Assembly (NCBI GenBank): GCA_017547755.1
Contig: JAFYOX010000117.1
Coordinates: 7,684 to 71,683 of the forward strand
Length of the DNA stretch: 64,000 nucleotides
Direction of reading: 5' to 3'
Source of the DNA: Clostridia bacterium
GTDB taxonomy: Bacteria; Bacillota; Clostridia; Oscillospirales; CAG-272
Shown: in pieces, positions 9,012 through 18,649 of the stretch
Position numbering within the stretch: the first letter of the stretch is position 1
Layout: every line of letters starts with the position of its first letter
Made by a program: the position numbers and the translations under genes
Notes under the pieces: generated by a model
Seen by the model: the letters and a program-made list of their open reading frames with translations, nothing else
Told to the model about the DNA's origin: nothing
Databases searched by the model: none

Positions 9012-9716
9012 ATGACTACAGGATTCAGAAGGACCTGCTGTGGTATTATGGTGGCTATGCTGTTTTATCATCTTCACGGAAGTACCGGTTTTTCGGAAGA
9101 AATTACAGACGCGGAACCTGTTTCGGCAGAAATTGCACAGGAAGATATCCTTCCGCTGACGCTGGGTACGGTGACGATCGACTATTACGACGGCGAACTC
9201 CCGGAACAGCCGGCGGTATCGAATTCTCTTGCCGAAATGACTGAGGAAGAACTGCTGGATGCCGCAGGTGATATTTACCGGGGAACTGTTGAAAGTCTCC
9301 GGACAATCGAGATTCGGAACGGCGAGCGTACGGACTACAAAACACTTGCGGAAATTTCCGTTGCGGAGGTCTACAAAGGTGGTTTTGCTCCCGGTGATAC
9401 GGTGACGATTTACATCAATGATCCGATTCTTTCTGAAAATGTATGGATCGAAGATTACGATGTTCTTTATCAGATGCGCGAGAATATGGATGGAATATTT
9501 ATGACGCAGGCGGGTGAAGATATTTATACCGTGGTCGGCGGTGAAAAGATTTATCTGAATACTTTTGCCGACGGAAGGTTTCAGGACGGTACCCGTTTTG
9601 CCATTCTTGCAGTTGAAGATGGTCTGGAATTTGCGCGGGATTGTTATGAGGAACCCCTCCGTTCCGCCCAGACTCTCGAAGAAGCCGGAGAATATCTTAA
9701 ACAGAAAATTCAGTAA
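9012..9716 (+). CDS. Secreted/exported hypothetical protein
   Basis: ORF track gives 8934..9716. The start is ATG 9012 after AGGAG. The N-terminal hydrophobic segment is MTTGFRRTCCGIMVAMLFYHL. I recognise no family. Confidence 0.55.
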   Translation: MTTGFRRTCCGIMVAMLFYHLHGSTGFSEEITDAEPVSAEIAQEDILPLTLGTVTIDYYDGELPEQPAVSNSLAEMTEEELLDAAGDIYRGTVESLRTIEIRNGERTDYKTLAEISVAEVYKGGFAPGDTVTIYINDPILSENVWIEDYDVLYQMRENMDGIFMTQAGEDIYTVVGGEKIYLNTFADGRFQDGTRFAILAVEDGLEFARDCYEEPLRSAQTLEEAGEYLKQKIQ

Positions 9717-9720
9717 AATG

Positions 9721-9750
9721 AAAAGGAGATACCTTGCCGTATCTCCTTTT
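9721..9750. terminator. Bidirectional intrinsic terminator
   Basis: AAAAGGAGATACcttgccGTATCTCCTTTTT lies between convergent stops at 9716 and 9754. Confidence 0.7.
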
Positions 9751-9753
9751 TGC

Positions 9754-10713
9754 TCATTTGCCGTTCAGCTTGTTCCAGAATTTCAGCATTCCCGCGCGGT
9801 TGTTCCGGTAATCTTCTTCGGTGTCATACTGCCGGCTGAAATGTTCGCCCATGAATGCCAGCGAGATCCAAAGATTGTACCACGTCAGCCGCCGCTGTTC
9901 GCTTTCGCTGAATTCCGTCTGTCCGAAGCCTTCCAGAAAATCGGGATGCATCCCGTACCAGCGGAAACGGTCTTCCATCAGAGGTTCTCCCCACAGCGCA
10001 CGTTCCCAGTCGACGATCCCGGTGATCTCATTCCCGCGGATGAGGATGTTGTTCTCCCAGATGTCAAAATGCACGAGGGACGCTTCCGTCACTTCGTCGA
10101 AATACGGTTTGTCCGCAAGAAGCTGCGCCAGAATTTCCGCACGTGTAACGCCCATGTCCGCGCCGCACGCTTCCATATCTCCGGTAATGTTCCCGATGAG
10201 CTGGTTCACCACGCCGTACAGGGAATCAAACGTGATCCCGCTGTTTACGATGCCGAACGAATCGTTTTTGACCGTTCCGATGTCCCGTACCATGCGTCCC
10301 ATGGCACCGTACAGCGCTTTTGCCTGTTCCGGCGTGAACGTACGCCGCAGAGGCATCATCAGGTCGCCTTCCAGAAATTCCATAAAGAAATATTTTCCGC
10401 TGCACCGGGTCATGCTGTCGTCGTAGAACAATACTTTCGGTGCGAGTATCTCCGGAACATATTCCGCGATCAGACGCATGGACGCTGTTTCCGATTCGAT
10501 CAGCCACTGCTCGTTGGAGGTTTTGCCGGTCATCCCGGGTGACGATACTTTCAGGACTGTTTTTGTGCCGTTGTCCAGCGTGACCGCATACAGGGCGTTG
10601 CACAGCCCGGCGGTCAGCTCGGTGATTTCTGCCGCGCATCGTCCGGGGAACGCATACGCCGTCAGTTCCCGGATGTGTCCGTCGGTCAGCAGATTTTTTG
10701 ATGTGGAGATCAT
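9754..10713 (-). CDS. Phosphotransferase family protein (APH/choline-kinase-like fold)
   Basis: ORF track gives 9754..10881. The start is ATG 10713 after GGAGG (MISTSKNLL...). Brenner-type motif HFDIWENNILI and IVDWERALWGEP are present. Confidence 0.7.
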   Translation of the reverse strand: MISTSKNLLTDGHIRELTAYAFPGRCAAEITELTAGLCNALYAVTLDNGTKTVLKVSSPGMTGKTSNEQWLIESETASMRLIAEYVPEILAPKVLFYDDSMTRCSGKYFFMEFLEGDLMMPLRRTFTPEQAKALYGAMGRMVRDIGTVKNDSFGIVNSGITFDSLYGVVNQLIGNITGDMEACGADMGVTRAEILAQLLADKPYFDEVTEASLVHFDIWENNILIRGNEITGIVDWERALWGEPLMEDRFRWYGMHPDFLEGFGQTEFSESEQRRLTWYNLWISLAFMGEHFSRQYDTEEDYRNNRAGMLKFWNKLNGK

Positions 10714-10792
10714 AGCTGCCTCCTTGAAAAATTGAAAAAGAATGTGGGGAAAACCATCTTCCGAGCAGTTTTCCCCTACATGAATGTTATTC

Positions 10793-11887
10793 TTATACGT
10801 TGAATCTGAAGAGAACAACATCGCCGTCCTGCATGACGTATTCCTTGCCTTCGCTGCGTACCAGTCCGCGTTCCTTGGCAACAGTCATGGAACCGGATTC
10901 CATGAGAGCGTCGTATGCAACAACTTCCGCACGGATGAAGCCGCGTTCGAAGTCGCTGTGGATCTTGCCGGCTGCCTGCGGTGCGCGGGTACCGTTGACA
11001 ATCGTCCATGCACGGACTTCCTTGGGACCTGCGGTCAGGTAGCTGATGTAGCCGAGAAGAGCGTAGCTTGCCTTAATGAGACGGTCGAGACCGCTTTCTT
11101 CGATGCCGAGATCGGCAAGGAAGACTTCCTTTTCTTCCGCGTCGAGTTCTGCGATTTCCGCTTCGATGCCCGCGCAGACGGCGATGACTTCCGCGCCTTC
11201 TTCATCGGCTGCCGCCTTGATTGCCTTGTAGATTTCGTTGTCTTCGGATACGCCGGCCGCTTCGTCTTCGCTGACGTTCGCAACGTAGATGATCGGCTTG
11301 ATGGTCAGAAGATTGAGGTCTTCGATCAGGGCGCGTTCGTCGTCGGTCAGTTCGCAGCTGCGCGCGGTCTTGCCTTCGTTCATGACGGCAAGGAGCTTGT
11401 TGTAGACGTTGATGGATTCCTGCAGGGTCTTGTCGCCCTTGAGGAGCTTCTGTGTGCGTTCGATGCGGCGTTCGAGCTGTTCGATGTCGGAGTAGATCAG
11501 TTCGAGGTTGATCGTTTCAAGGTCGCGGGTCGGGTCAACGGAACCGTCCACGTGGATGATGTCGCCGTCTTCGAAGCAGCGGAGAACGTGTACGACCGCG
11601 TCAACGTCGCGGATGTGGGAAAGGAACTTGTTGCCGAGGCCTTCGCCCTTGGATGCACCGCGTACAAGCCCTGCGATGTCAACGAATTCCACGGTTGCCG
11701 GAGTGTAGAGTTCCGGATTGTACATTTCCGCGAGCTTGTCCAGACGGTAGTCCGGAACCTGCACGATGCCCACGTTCGGGTCGATGGTGCAGAACGGGTA
11801 GTTCGCGCTCGGTGCGCCCGCACCGGTCAGTGCGTTGAACAGCGTGCTCTTGCCGACGTTCGGTAATCCGATAATGCCAAGTTTCAT
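10793..11887 (-). CDS. ychF: Redox-regulated ribosome-binding ATPase YchF
   Basis: 364 aa. [21 protein letters not shown] is the P-loop, followed by a C-terminal TGS-like region ending [11 protein letters not shown]. Confidence 0.93.
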   Translation of the reverse strand: MKLGIIGLPNVGKSTLFNALTGAGAPSANYPFCTIDPNVGIVQVPDYRLDKLAEMYNPELYTPATVEFVDIAGLVRGASKGEGLGNKFLSHIRDVDAVVHVLRCFEDGDIIHVDGSVDPTRDLETINLELIYSDIEQLERRIERTQKLLKGDKTLQESINVYNKLLAVMNEGKTARSCELTDDERALIEDLNLLTIKPIIYVANVSEDEAAGVSEDNEIYKAIKAAADEEGAEVIAVCAGIEAEIAELDAEEKEVFLADLGIEESGLDRLIKASYALLGYISYLTAGPKEVRAWTIVNGTRAPQAAGKIHSDFERGFIRAEVVAYDALMESGSMTVAKERGLVRSEGKEYVMQDGDVVLFRFNV

Positions 11888-12136
11888 ATCTGTATATTCC
11901 TGCCTTGTCTGTGAAAATGGTGTGATCTCTGGTATCGATTATCGTCTCATTATATACCATTTTGTGCGGATATTCAAGAGGAAAGAACATTGTTTCCGTA
12001 AATTTTATTTCCGATTTTCCGACTTTCGGAAAAATTCTGTAAAAATCATGAGGAATTTGGATTTCATTCACTCTGCGTTCACATAAACTTCATATTAATA
12101 GGATAAAATAATTGATATTACTAAAAGGAGGGTTCT

Positions 12137-12817
12137 ATGGTATCGGAAGCAAAATACAGGCACGAGTATAAATACCCGATCAATGCTGGTGACTGTGAAA
12201 TTCTGAAAAGACGTCTTCGTCAGGTTCTGAAACTTGACCCGCATGTCGGTCCCACAGGCGAGTACGTGATCCGCAGTCTGTACTTCGACAATGCATACGA
12301 CAAGGCGCTTTTTGAGAAAATAAACGGCTCAAATCCGAGATCCAAGTTCCGTATCCGCATTTATAACGGGAGCGATGACATCATAACTCTTGAAAAAAAG
12401 GTGAAGGTCGGCGAACTGACGCAGAAGCTGCAGGCGCGCCTCACCCGCGAAGAGTGCGATAAGATCACTTCCGGCGATATTGACTGGATGCTGAACGACG
12501 GACGCGGAGTTGTGGCAGAGCTTTATGCTCAGATGAAGGGATATGCCCTGCGCCCGAAGGTGATCGTCGAGTATACGAGAACGCCGTTCATCTACAAGGC
12601 CGGGAACGTTCGTGTAACGCTGGACTGCAATATCCGCAGCGGTGTGTTCTCCACGGACCTGTTCAACCCTGCATCGCTCGTCCACACGGGAGACATGGAC
12701 GTTCTTGAAGTCAAGTACGACCGTTTCCTGCCGGACATCGTCAAAATGGCGATCTACCCCATCGGACACGACCGGGAATCGATGTCCAAGTACGAAGTCT
12801 GCCGGAAATTCGGTTAA
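12137..12817 (+). CDS. VTC-domain (polyphosphate-polymerase-like, CYTH/triphosphate-tunnel fold) protein
   Basis: 226 aa with AAAGGAGG RBS. N-terminal KYRHEYKYPI (E-x-K tunnel motif), IRSLYFDN, ITLEKK and VRVTLD beta-strand pattern are typical of bacterial VTC-domain proteins. Confidence 0.7.
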   Translation: MVSEAKYRHEYKYPINAGDCEILKRRLRQVLKLDPHVGPTGEYVIRSLYFDNAYDKALFEKINGSNPRSKFRIRIYNGSDDIITLEKKVKVGELTQKLQARLTREECDKITSGDIDWMLNDGRGVVAELYAQMKGYALRPKVIVEYTRTPFIYKAGNVRVTLDCNIRSGVFSTDLFNPASLVHTGDMDVLEVKYDRFLPDIVKMAIYPIGHDRESMSKYEVCRKFG

Positions 12818-12894
12818 TCCGGAGAAGGTTTTTTCCGTCAGGCGGACGGACGAAAAAAGTTCAATAAATTTTTACAGAAAAGGAATATACAAAA

Positions 12895-13566
12895 ATGTCA
12901 TTTAATGATATCTTTAAGAACAGCTTCATGGAAAGAGCCGTAGAGTTCTCCATCCTTGACACGCTCATCTCTCTCGTTCTTGCATACGCACTCGGTATGT
13001 TCATCTACTTCATTTACAAGAAGACCTATCAGGGCGTTATGTTCTCCCAGTCCTTTGGCGTTTCCCTTATCGCTCTCACGATGATTTCCACCTTCATCAT
13101 CCTCGCAGTTACCTCCAACGTCGTTCTCTCGCTCGGTATGGTCGGCGCACTCTCCATCGTTCGTTTCCGTACCGCAATCAAGGATCCCCTTGACGTTGTA
13201 TATCTTTTCTGGGCAGTTGGTGTAGGTATCGTTCTCGGCGCATGCATGTACCCCCTCGCTGTGATCGGCTCCATCATCGTAGGCGTTATCCTTCTCATCT
13301 TCGTTCGCGCAAAGACTCCGGACTGCGACTACATCCTCGTAGTTGAATGTGACAACGACGCAGCAGAACAGAAGGCTGTTTCCATCATCAAGGAAGGCGC
13401 TAAGAAATCCGCAATCAAGTCCAAGACTGTTGCAAAGGGCTATCTCGAAGTTACATACGAAATCAAGCTCGAAGGCGACAGCACCGAATTTGTCAACAAG
13501 CTCACCGCAACCGACGGCATCGAAAAGGCTGTTCTCGTAAGCTACAACGGCGACTACATGGCGTAA
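12895..13566 (+). CDS. DUF4956-type membrane protein
   Basis: 223 aa with 4 hydrophobic spans. The conserved stretch LGMVGALSIVRFRTAIKDPLDVVYLFWAVGVGI is followed by a soluble C-terminal domain. It is the usual partner of VTC-domain genes. Confidence 0.65.
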   Translation: MSFNDIFKNSFMERAVEFSILDTLISLVLAYALGMFIYFIYKKTYQGVMFSQSFGVSLIALTMISTFIILAVTSNVVLSLGMVGALSIVRFRTAIKDPLDVVYLFWAVGVGIVLGACMYPLAVIGSIIVGVILLIFVRAKTPDCDYILVVECDNDAAEQKAVSIIKEGAKKSAIKSKTVAKGYLEVTYEIKLEGDSTEFVNKLTATDGIEKAVLVSYNGDYMA

Positions 13567-13667
13567 AACGCCGCAGTTCAGGCGATATTGAGAAAAAACA
13601 TACGGATGCTTCGGAAACCCTTTTTACTGTCGGCGGAAAGTTTTGAATAAAGGAGAAGAAAAACATT

Positions 13668-14363
13668 ATGGCAACGAAATTACTGGTTATTGACGATGAA
13701 GCAAATATTTGCGATTTACTGAAAATTTATTTTGAAAATGAAGGCTACGAAGTAAAAACTGCCAGCGACGGTATTGAAGGCATCAGCTATTTCAAGATGT
13801 ATGAACCGGACCTCGTCCTGCTCGACATCATGCTTCCGAAGAACAAGGACGGCTGGCAGGTCTGCCGCGAGATCCGCGAAATCTCCTCCAAGCCGATCAT
13901 CATGATCTCCGCCGCAAAGGTTGAGGTCGTGGACAAGATCCTCGGTCTCGAACTCGGTGCGGACGACTTCGTTACCAAGCCGTTTGACACCAAGGAGCTT
14001 GCATCCCGCATCAAGGCCGTTCTTCGCCGCTACTCCGCGCACGATGTTCAGAACGACGATGAAACCATCAAGTTCGAAAACATTGAGATCAGCCGCAGCA
14101 AGTACGAACTGAAGCTGAAGGGCAAGACCGTCGACATTCCCCCGAAGGAACTCGACCTCCTGTACTTCCTCGCTTCGAACTTCAACCGTGTGTTCACGCG
14201 TGACCAGCTTCTCGACAAGGTCTGGGGCTTCGATTACCTCGGTGACTCCCGTACCGTCGACGTACACGTCAAGCGTCTGCGCGAAAAGCTCGAAGGCGTT
14301 TCCGACAAGTGGACGCTCAAGACCGTCTGGGGCGTCGGATACAAGTTCGAACTGATCCAGTAA
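13668..14363 (+). CDS. Response regulator, OmpR/PhoB family (receiver + winged helix)
   Basis: 231 aa with LLVIDDE, the phospho-acceptor context LVLLDIMLP, and a C-terminal trans_reg_C motif TVDVHVKRLREKL...VWGVGYKF. Confidence 0.9.
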   Translation: MATKLLVIDDEANICDLLKIYFENEGYEVKTASDGIEGISYFKMYEPDLVLLDIMLPKNKDGWQVCREIREISSKPIIMISAAKVEVVDKILGLELGADDFVTKPFDTKELASRIKAVLRRYSAHDVQNDDETIKFENIEISRSKYELKLKGKTVDIPPKELDLLYFLASNFNRVFTRDQLLDKVWGFDYLGDSRTVDVHVKRLREKLEGVSDKWTLKTVWGVGYKFELIQ

Positions 14364-14382
14364 CTTTATAAGAAGATTTCTC

Positions 14383-14414
14383 GGGGAAAGCCTTTTTCAA
14401 AAAAGGTTTTCCCC
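14383..14414. repeat. REP-like palindromic element, copy 3 (hairpin core only)
   Basis: GGGGAAAGCCTTTTTCAAAAAAGGTTTTCCCC lies between the response-regulator stop (14363) and the kinase start (14444). It lacks the GTTTTTGAAAAGGGG arm. Confidence 0.7.
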
Positions 14415-14443
14415 AAAAATTTTGTTTTCCGGAGAACTGCTGT

Positions 14444-15973
14444 ATGTTTAAAAGCGTTTTTGTAAAATACATTTCCGCGTTCATGCTGATCAATATCCTG
14501 AGTATTTTTCTCTCCACATCGGTCATCACGACGCTGGTCAATACGTACGACGAGAACAACAAGAGCCGTGCGCTGGCGAATATCGCCTATTCCGTCACGA
14601 CGTTCATCATCGACGACTACTCCACCAGCGGCGAGATCAGCTTCAACGATTATCTGAACAAATCGGTCTATCCGATCAAGCCGATGCTCGACTCCCTGGA
14701 CGGCAACGTGGAAAATCTGATCATTTTCATCGCGGACGGGGACGGAAACGTCAAGCTGATCGGCGGTGCGCCCAATTTCGAACAGTATGCCGGGCCGGAC
14801 GGACTGATCTCTCCCGGGGAGGAGCTGGCGTATCCGGAATCCGTAACGGCATCCCTGCAGGATTCCTCCGGGATCTCACGCAGTGATACCCTCGACGGAT
14901 TTTTTGAAGAAAAACACTTTTCCTATATCAAGCCGATCCGTACCAAAACCGGAAATGTGGTCGGGTCGGTCATGACCTGCACGATGAATTCCGACATGGA
15001 CGATCTGCTCGAAGCCATGGTCAAAACCATCATCATGTCCACGCTGTGGCTGATGCTGGCAGCGCTGATCGCGGTGTATTTCATCACGGAACGGCTTGTT
15101 TCCCCGATCCGGGCGATGAGCCGGGCATCCCGGGCGTTTGCCGCGGGACGGTTTGATGTCCGCGTCGAGGTCAACGGCAACGATGAAGTTGCGGAACTGG
15201 CGTCCGCATTCAACAATATGGCAAACTCGCTGCAGCACAGTACGGAAGTACAGCGTCTCTTCCTTGCGAATGTCTCGCACGACCTGCGTACCCCGATGAC
15301 GAGCATCAAGGGGTACATCGAAAATATCCAGAGCGGCGCGATCCCGCCGGACAAGGTCCCGCATTATCTGGAGATCATCTCCACGGAAGTCACCCGCCTG
15401 TCCTCGCTGGTCTGGAGTCTTCTGGATATCACAAAAATTCAGGCAGGCGAACGGAAATTCGACATCAAGCCGTTCGATATCTGCGAAATGGCGAGAGAGA
15501 TCATCATTTTCTCGGAACAGCGTTTGAAAGCGAAGAATCTTGACGTCATGTTTGACGCCGACCGGGATAATATGTTCGTCAACGCCGACCGGGAAGCGAT
15601 CCATCAGATCCTGTCGAATATCTGCGACAACGCGATCAAATTCTCGAAGGAAGGCGGACGATACGAAGTTTCCGTGAAGGATGCCGGACAGAAAACGATC
15701 GTCAGCGTATATAACGAAGGCATCGGCATTGCCGAAGAGGAACTGCCGTACGTCTTTGACCGCTTCTACAAGAGCGACAAGAGCCGCGGACTGGACAAAA
15801 CCGGCGTAGGACTCGGCCTGTTCATCGCGCGGACCATCATCGAAGCACACAACGAAACCATCAAAGTCGAGAGCGAATACGGAAAATGGTGCCGGTTCAC
15901 ATTCACTCTTCAGAAAGCGAACCGCCCCGCACCGGCAAATGACGACAGAAGAAACGGAGAAACAGTATTATGA
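14444..15973 (+). CDS. Sensor histidine kinase (2 TM, HAMP, HisKA, HATPase_c)
   Basis: 509 aa with H-box FLANVSHDLRTPMTSI, N-box ILSNICDNAIKFS and G-boxes GIGI...GLGLFI. Confidence 0.9.
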   Translation: MFKSVFVKYISAFMLINILSIFLSTSVITTLVNTYDENNKSRALANIAYSVTTFIIDDYSTSGEISFNDYLNKSVYPIKPMLDSLDGNVENLIIFIADGDGNVKLIGGAPNFEQYAGPDGLISPGEELAYPESVTASLQDSSGISRSDTLDGFFEEKHFSYIKPIRTKTGNVVGSVMTCTMNSDMDDLLEAMVKTIIMSTLWLMLAALIAVYFITERLVSPIRAMSRASRAFAAGRFDVRVEVNGNDEVAELASAFNNMANSLQHSTEVQRLFLANVSHDLRTPMTSIKGYIENIQSGAIPPDKVPHYLEIISTEVTRLSSLVWSLLDITKIQAGERKFDIKPFDICEMAREIIIFSEQRLKAKNLDVMFDADRDNMFVNADREAIHQILSNICDNAIKFSKEGGRYEVSVKDAGQKTIVSVYNEGIGIAEEELPYVFDRFYKSDKSRGLDKTGVGLGLFIARTIIEAHNETIKVESEYGKWCRFTFTLQKANRPAPANDDRRNGETVL

Positions 15974-17094
15974 TTTTACGATATACAGCAACCTGCCTGT
16001 TCGGACTGGAAGGACTGCTCGGCGAAGAAATCACCGCGCTCGGCTACAAGCGCGTGGATAACATGGACGGCCGCATCACGTTTGAAGGGGACGAAAATGC
16101 CTGCGCGGTCTGCAATATCAACCTGCGCTACGCGGAACGTCTCTATCTCAACCTTGGTACGTTCGACGCGCTGACGTTCACCGATCTGTTCGACGGGACA
16201 AAAGCCCTGCCGTGGGAAGATTTTATCTCCCGTGACGACGAATTCCCGGTCAGCGGTCATGCCATCAAGAGCAAGCTGTTCTCGGTGCCGGACTGCCAGA
16301 GAATCGTGAAAAAGGCGATCTCCACCCGTCTCGGAGAAACGTACGGACTGCAGATCCTGCCGGAAACCGGAACCCGTTATAAGATCGAATTCTTCATTTT
16401 CAAGGACAAGGCATCGCTCATGATCGATCTGTCCGGTATGCCGCTCCACAAGCGCGGATACCGTCCGGAGACGCACGCTGCGCCGATCCGTGAGACATTG
16501 GCCGCCGCGCTCGTAAAGCTCGCTAGACCGCGTGAGGACGTTCTCCTGTGGGACCCGTTCTGCGGCTCGGGTACCATTGCGATCGAAGCCGCGATGCTGA
16601 TGAAGAACATCGCGCCCGGTATGAACCGTACGTTTGTATCGCAGGCATATCCCGTGTTCCCCGAACAGTCGTGGAAGGACGCGTTCGAAAAGGCGAAGGC
16701 AGACGTACGCGATACCGCATTTGAAGCCTATGCGACGGACATCGACCCGCTGTGTGTGGAACTGGCAACGTCCTGCGCGAAACGTGCAGGCGTTGCGGAA
16801 CATCTGAATATCTTCCAGATGGACGCGCTCGACATCGATACCCTCGGCCGCCGCGGAACCGTCGTTACGAATCCGCCGTACGGCGAACGTCTTATGACGC
16901 CGGAAGAAGCGGAAGCTCTGTACCGCGGTATGGGACAGGCGTTTGCCGCGCTCGACCGCTGGCAGATCTACGTCATCACCCAGCATGAATCCTTCCCGAA
17001 GCTGTACGGACGCCGCGCGGATAAGATCCGCAAGCTGTACAACGGCATGATCCCGTGTTACTACTATCAGTTCTTCAGGAACAACACAAAATAA
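15970..17094 (+). CDS. THUMP-domain class I SAM-dependent RNA methyltransferase (RlmL/YpsC, UPF0020-like)
   Basis: 374 aa. Its ATG overlaps the kinase stop (ATGA). SAM motif DPFCGSGTIAIEAA and catalytic NPPYG are present. Confidence 0.8.
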   Translation: MILRYTATCLFGLEGLLGEEITALGYKRVDNMDGRITFEGDENACAVCNINLRYAERLYLNLGTFDALTFTDLFDGTKALPWEDFISRDDEFPVSGHAIKSKLFSVPDCQRIVKKAISTRLGETYGLQILPETGTRYKIEFFIFKDKASLMIDLSGMPLHKRGYRPETHAAPIRETLAAALVKLARPREDVLLWDPFCGSGTIAIEAAMLMKNIAPGMNRTFVSQAYPVFPEQSWKDAFEKAKADVRDTAFEAYATDIDPLCVELATSCAKRAGVAEHLNIFQMDALDIDTLGRRGTVVTNPPYGERLMTPEEAEALYRGMGQAFAALDRWQIYVITQHESFPKLYGRRADKIRKLYNGMIPCYYYQFFRNNTK

Positions 17095-17096
17095 TG

Positions 17097-17126
17097 GAAT
17101 AAATCCCGGAATCTCCGTCCATACTT
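17097..17126 (+). promoter_or_regulatory. Candidate forespore sigma-G-like promoter GAATA-18-CATACTT
   Basis: Compared by eye with GHATR-17/18-CATXHTA. The -35 matches 5/5 and the -10 matches 6/7. It is embedded in the 5' arm of the terminator hairpin, directly upstream of the GerA/SpoVAF-type gene. Confidence 0.35.
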
Positions 17127-17156
17127 TCTCCGAGAAAGAGTATGACGGAGATTTTT
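17111..17156 (+). terminator. Long imperfect hairpin plus T5, intrinsic terminator of the VTC-TCS-methyltransferase operon
   Basis: ATCTCCGTCcATACTtTCTC...GAGAAAGAGTATGACGGAGAT is followed by TTTTT. The 3' arm contains the GGAG and the first ATG of the next gene. Confidence 0.6.
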
Positions 17157-18584
17157 ATGGAAATTTACAACGGAAAACTGACCGGGAATTTCGAGGAAGA
17201 TACCGCGGTACTGGATGCGGTCCTGCGGACGGACGCGAGCTTTGATATGCTCCGGAAGACGATGGAAGTTGCGGGCGCACGGATCGTCATGTATTATATC
17301 GACGGATTTGTCAAGGCGGAATCCCTGCAGAAACTGCTGACTTATGTGATCAGCGTGAAAAGTATGGGGGATCAGGAGCCGGGAGATGCGAAAAAGTTTG
17401 CCGATATGCACATGCCCGCCGCCGAAGTGGATGTGACGGATTCGCTCGATGCGCTGGTTCTCGCGGTCATGAGCGGATGTACGGTGTTCCTCTGCGACAA
17501 ATTCGATGCCAACGCCCTTGTGATCGACCTGCGGACGTATCCTGCCAGAGAGACGGAAGAACCGGAGAACGACAAGGTCATGCGCGGCAGCCGCGACGGC
17601 TTCGTGGAGACGATGATCTTCAATACCGCGATGATCCGCCGCCGGATCCGCAGTACCGATCTGACGATCCGCTATCTCAACGTGGGGAAGAGTACCCGCA
17701 CCGATCTCGCGCTGTGTTACATGGAGAGCCGCGCGGATCTGAACTATGTGGAAGAACTCTGCCGGAAACTGCAGGATCTTGATACGGACAGTCTTGTCCT
17801 CGGGCATCAGAGCATCATCGAATCCATGCTGAAAACGCGGTGGTACAATCCCTTTCCGAAGATCCGTTCGACGGAACGTCCGGACTGCGCCGCCGCGACG
17901 ATCCTTGAAGGAGGCATCCTCCTGATCTGCGACAACAGTCCGGAGGCAATGATTTTTCCGACCACCCTGTTCGATTTCCTGCAGGAAACGGACGACTATT
18001 ATTTTCCGCCGCTGACGGGAACGTACCTCCGTCTGCTCCGGCACGCGATTTTCTGGATGACGATGATCCTGACGCCGCTGTGGTATCTTCTGCTGAGGCA
18101 CGCGGACATCCTTCCTGAGGCGTGGCGCTTCCTGATTCCTGCCGATCCGGGCGCACTGCCGATTTTCGCACAGCTTCTGCTGACGGAATTTGCCCTCGAT
18201 GGTCTGAAGCTTGCTTCACTGAACACGCCGAGCACCCTGTCGAACTCGCTGTCCGTGGTCGGCGGTCTTCTTCTCGGGGATTTTGCCGTCACGGTTGGCT
18301 GGCTGTCACCGGACGTGATCCTGTATATGTCGTTCGTCGCCATCGCCAACTTCACACAGTCCAATTATGAACTCGGCTATGCGTTCAAATACCTGCGTAT
18401 TCTTTTGCTGATCCTGACCGCCCTGTTCGACGTCTGGGGATTTGCCGCCGGCATCGTGATCGCCGTCTTCCTTGCCGCCACCAACCGTACCATCGACGGC
18501 CGCAGACATTATCTCTATCCGCTGATCCCGTGGAACGGCAAAGCCCTCGCAAGACTTGTCTTCCGCCTGAAAAAAACAGGATAA
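17157..18584 (+). CDS. GerA-family spore germination protein / SpoVAF-like
   Basis: ORF track gives 17142..18584. An in-frame ATG at 17157 has GGAG 7 nt upstream, and either start is possible. A soluble N-domain (YYIDGFV..., MRGSRDGFVETMIFNTAMIRRRI) is followed by 5 C-terminal TM spans, as in GerAA/SpoVAF. Confidence 0.7.
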   Translation: MEIYNGKLTGNFEEDTAVLDAVLRTDASFDMLRKTMEVAGARIVMYYIDGFVKAESLQKLLTYVISVKSMGDQEPGDAKKFADMHMPAAEVDVTDSLDALVLAVMSGCTVFLCDKFDANALVIDLRTYPARETEEPENDKVMRGSRDGFVETMIFNTAMIRRRIRSTDLTIRYLNVGKSTRTDLALCYMESRADLNYVEELCRKLQDLDTDSLVLGHQSIIESMLKTRWYNPFPKIRSTERPDCAAATILEGGILLICDNSPEAMIFPTTLFDFLQETDDYYFPPLTGTYLRLLRHAIFWMTMILTPLWYLLLRHADILPEAWRFLIPADPGALPIFAQLLLTEFALDGLKLASLNTPSTLSNSLSVVGGLLLGDFAVTVGWLSPDVILYMSFVAIANFTQSNYELGYAFKYLRILLLILTALFDVWGFAAGIVIAVFLAATNRTIDGRRHYLYPLIPWNGKALARLVFRLKKTG

Positions 18585-18649
18585 AAAGAAAGCCTGCACG
18601 ATTCCAGACAATAGATCCGCACAGACTTTGCTGTTTTCATTGTATAAAT

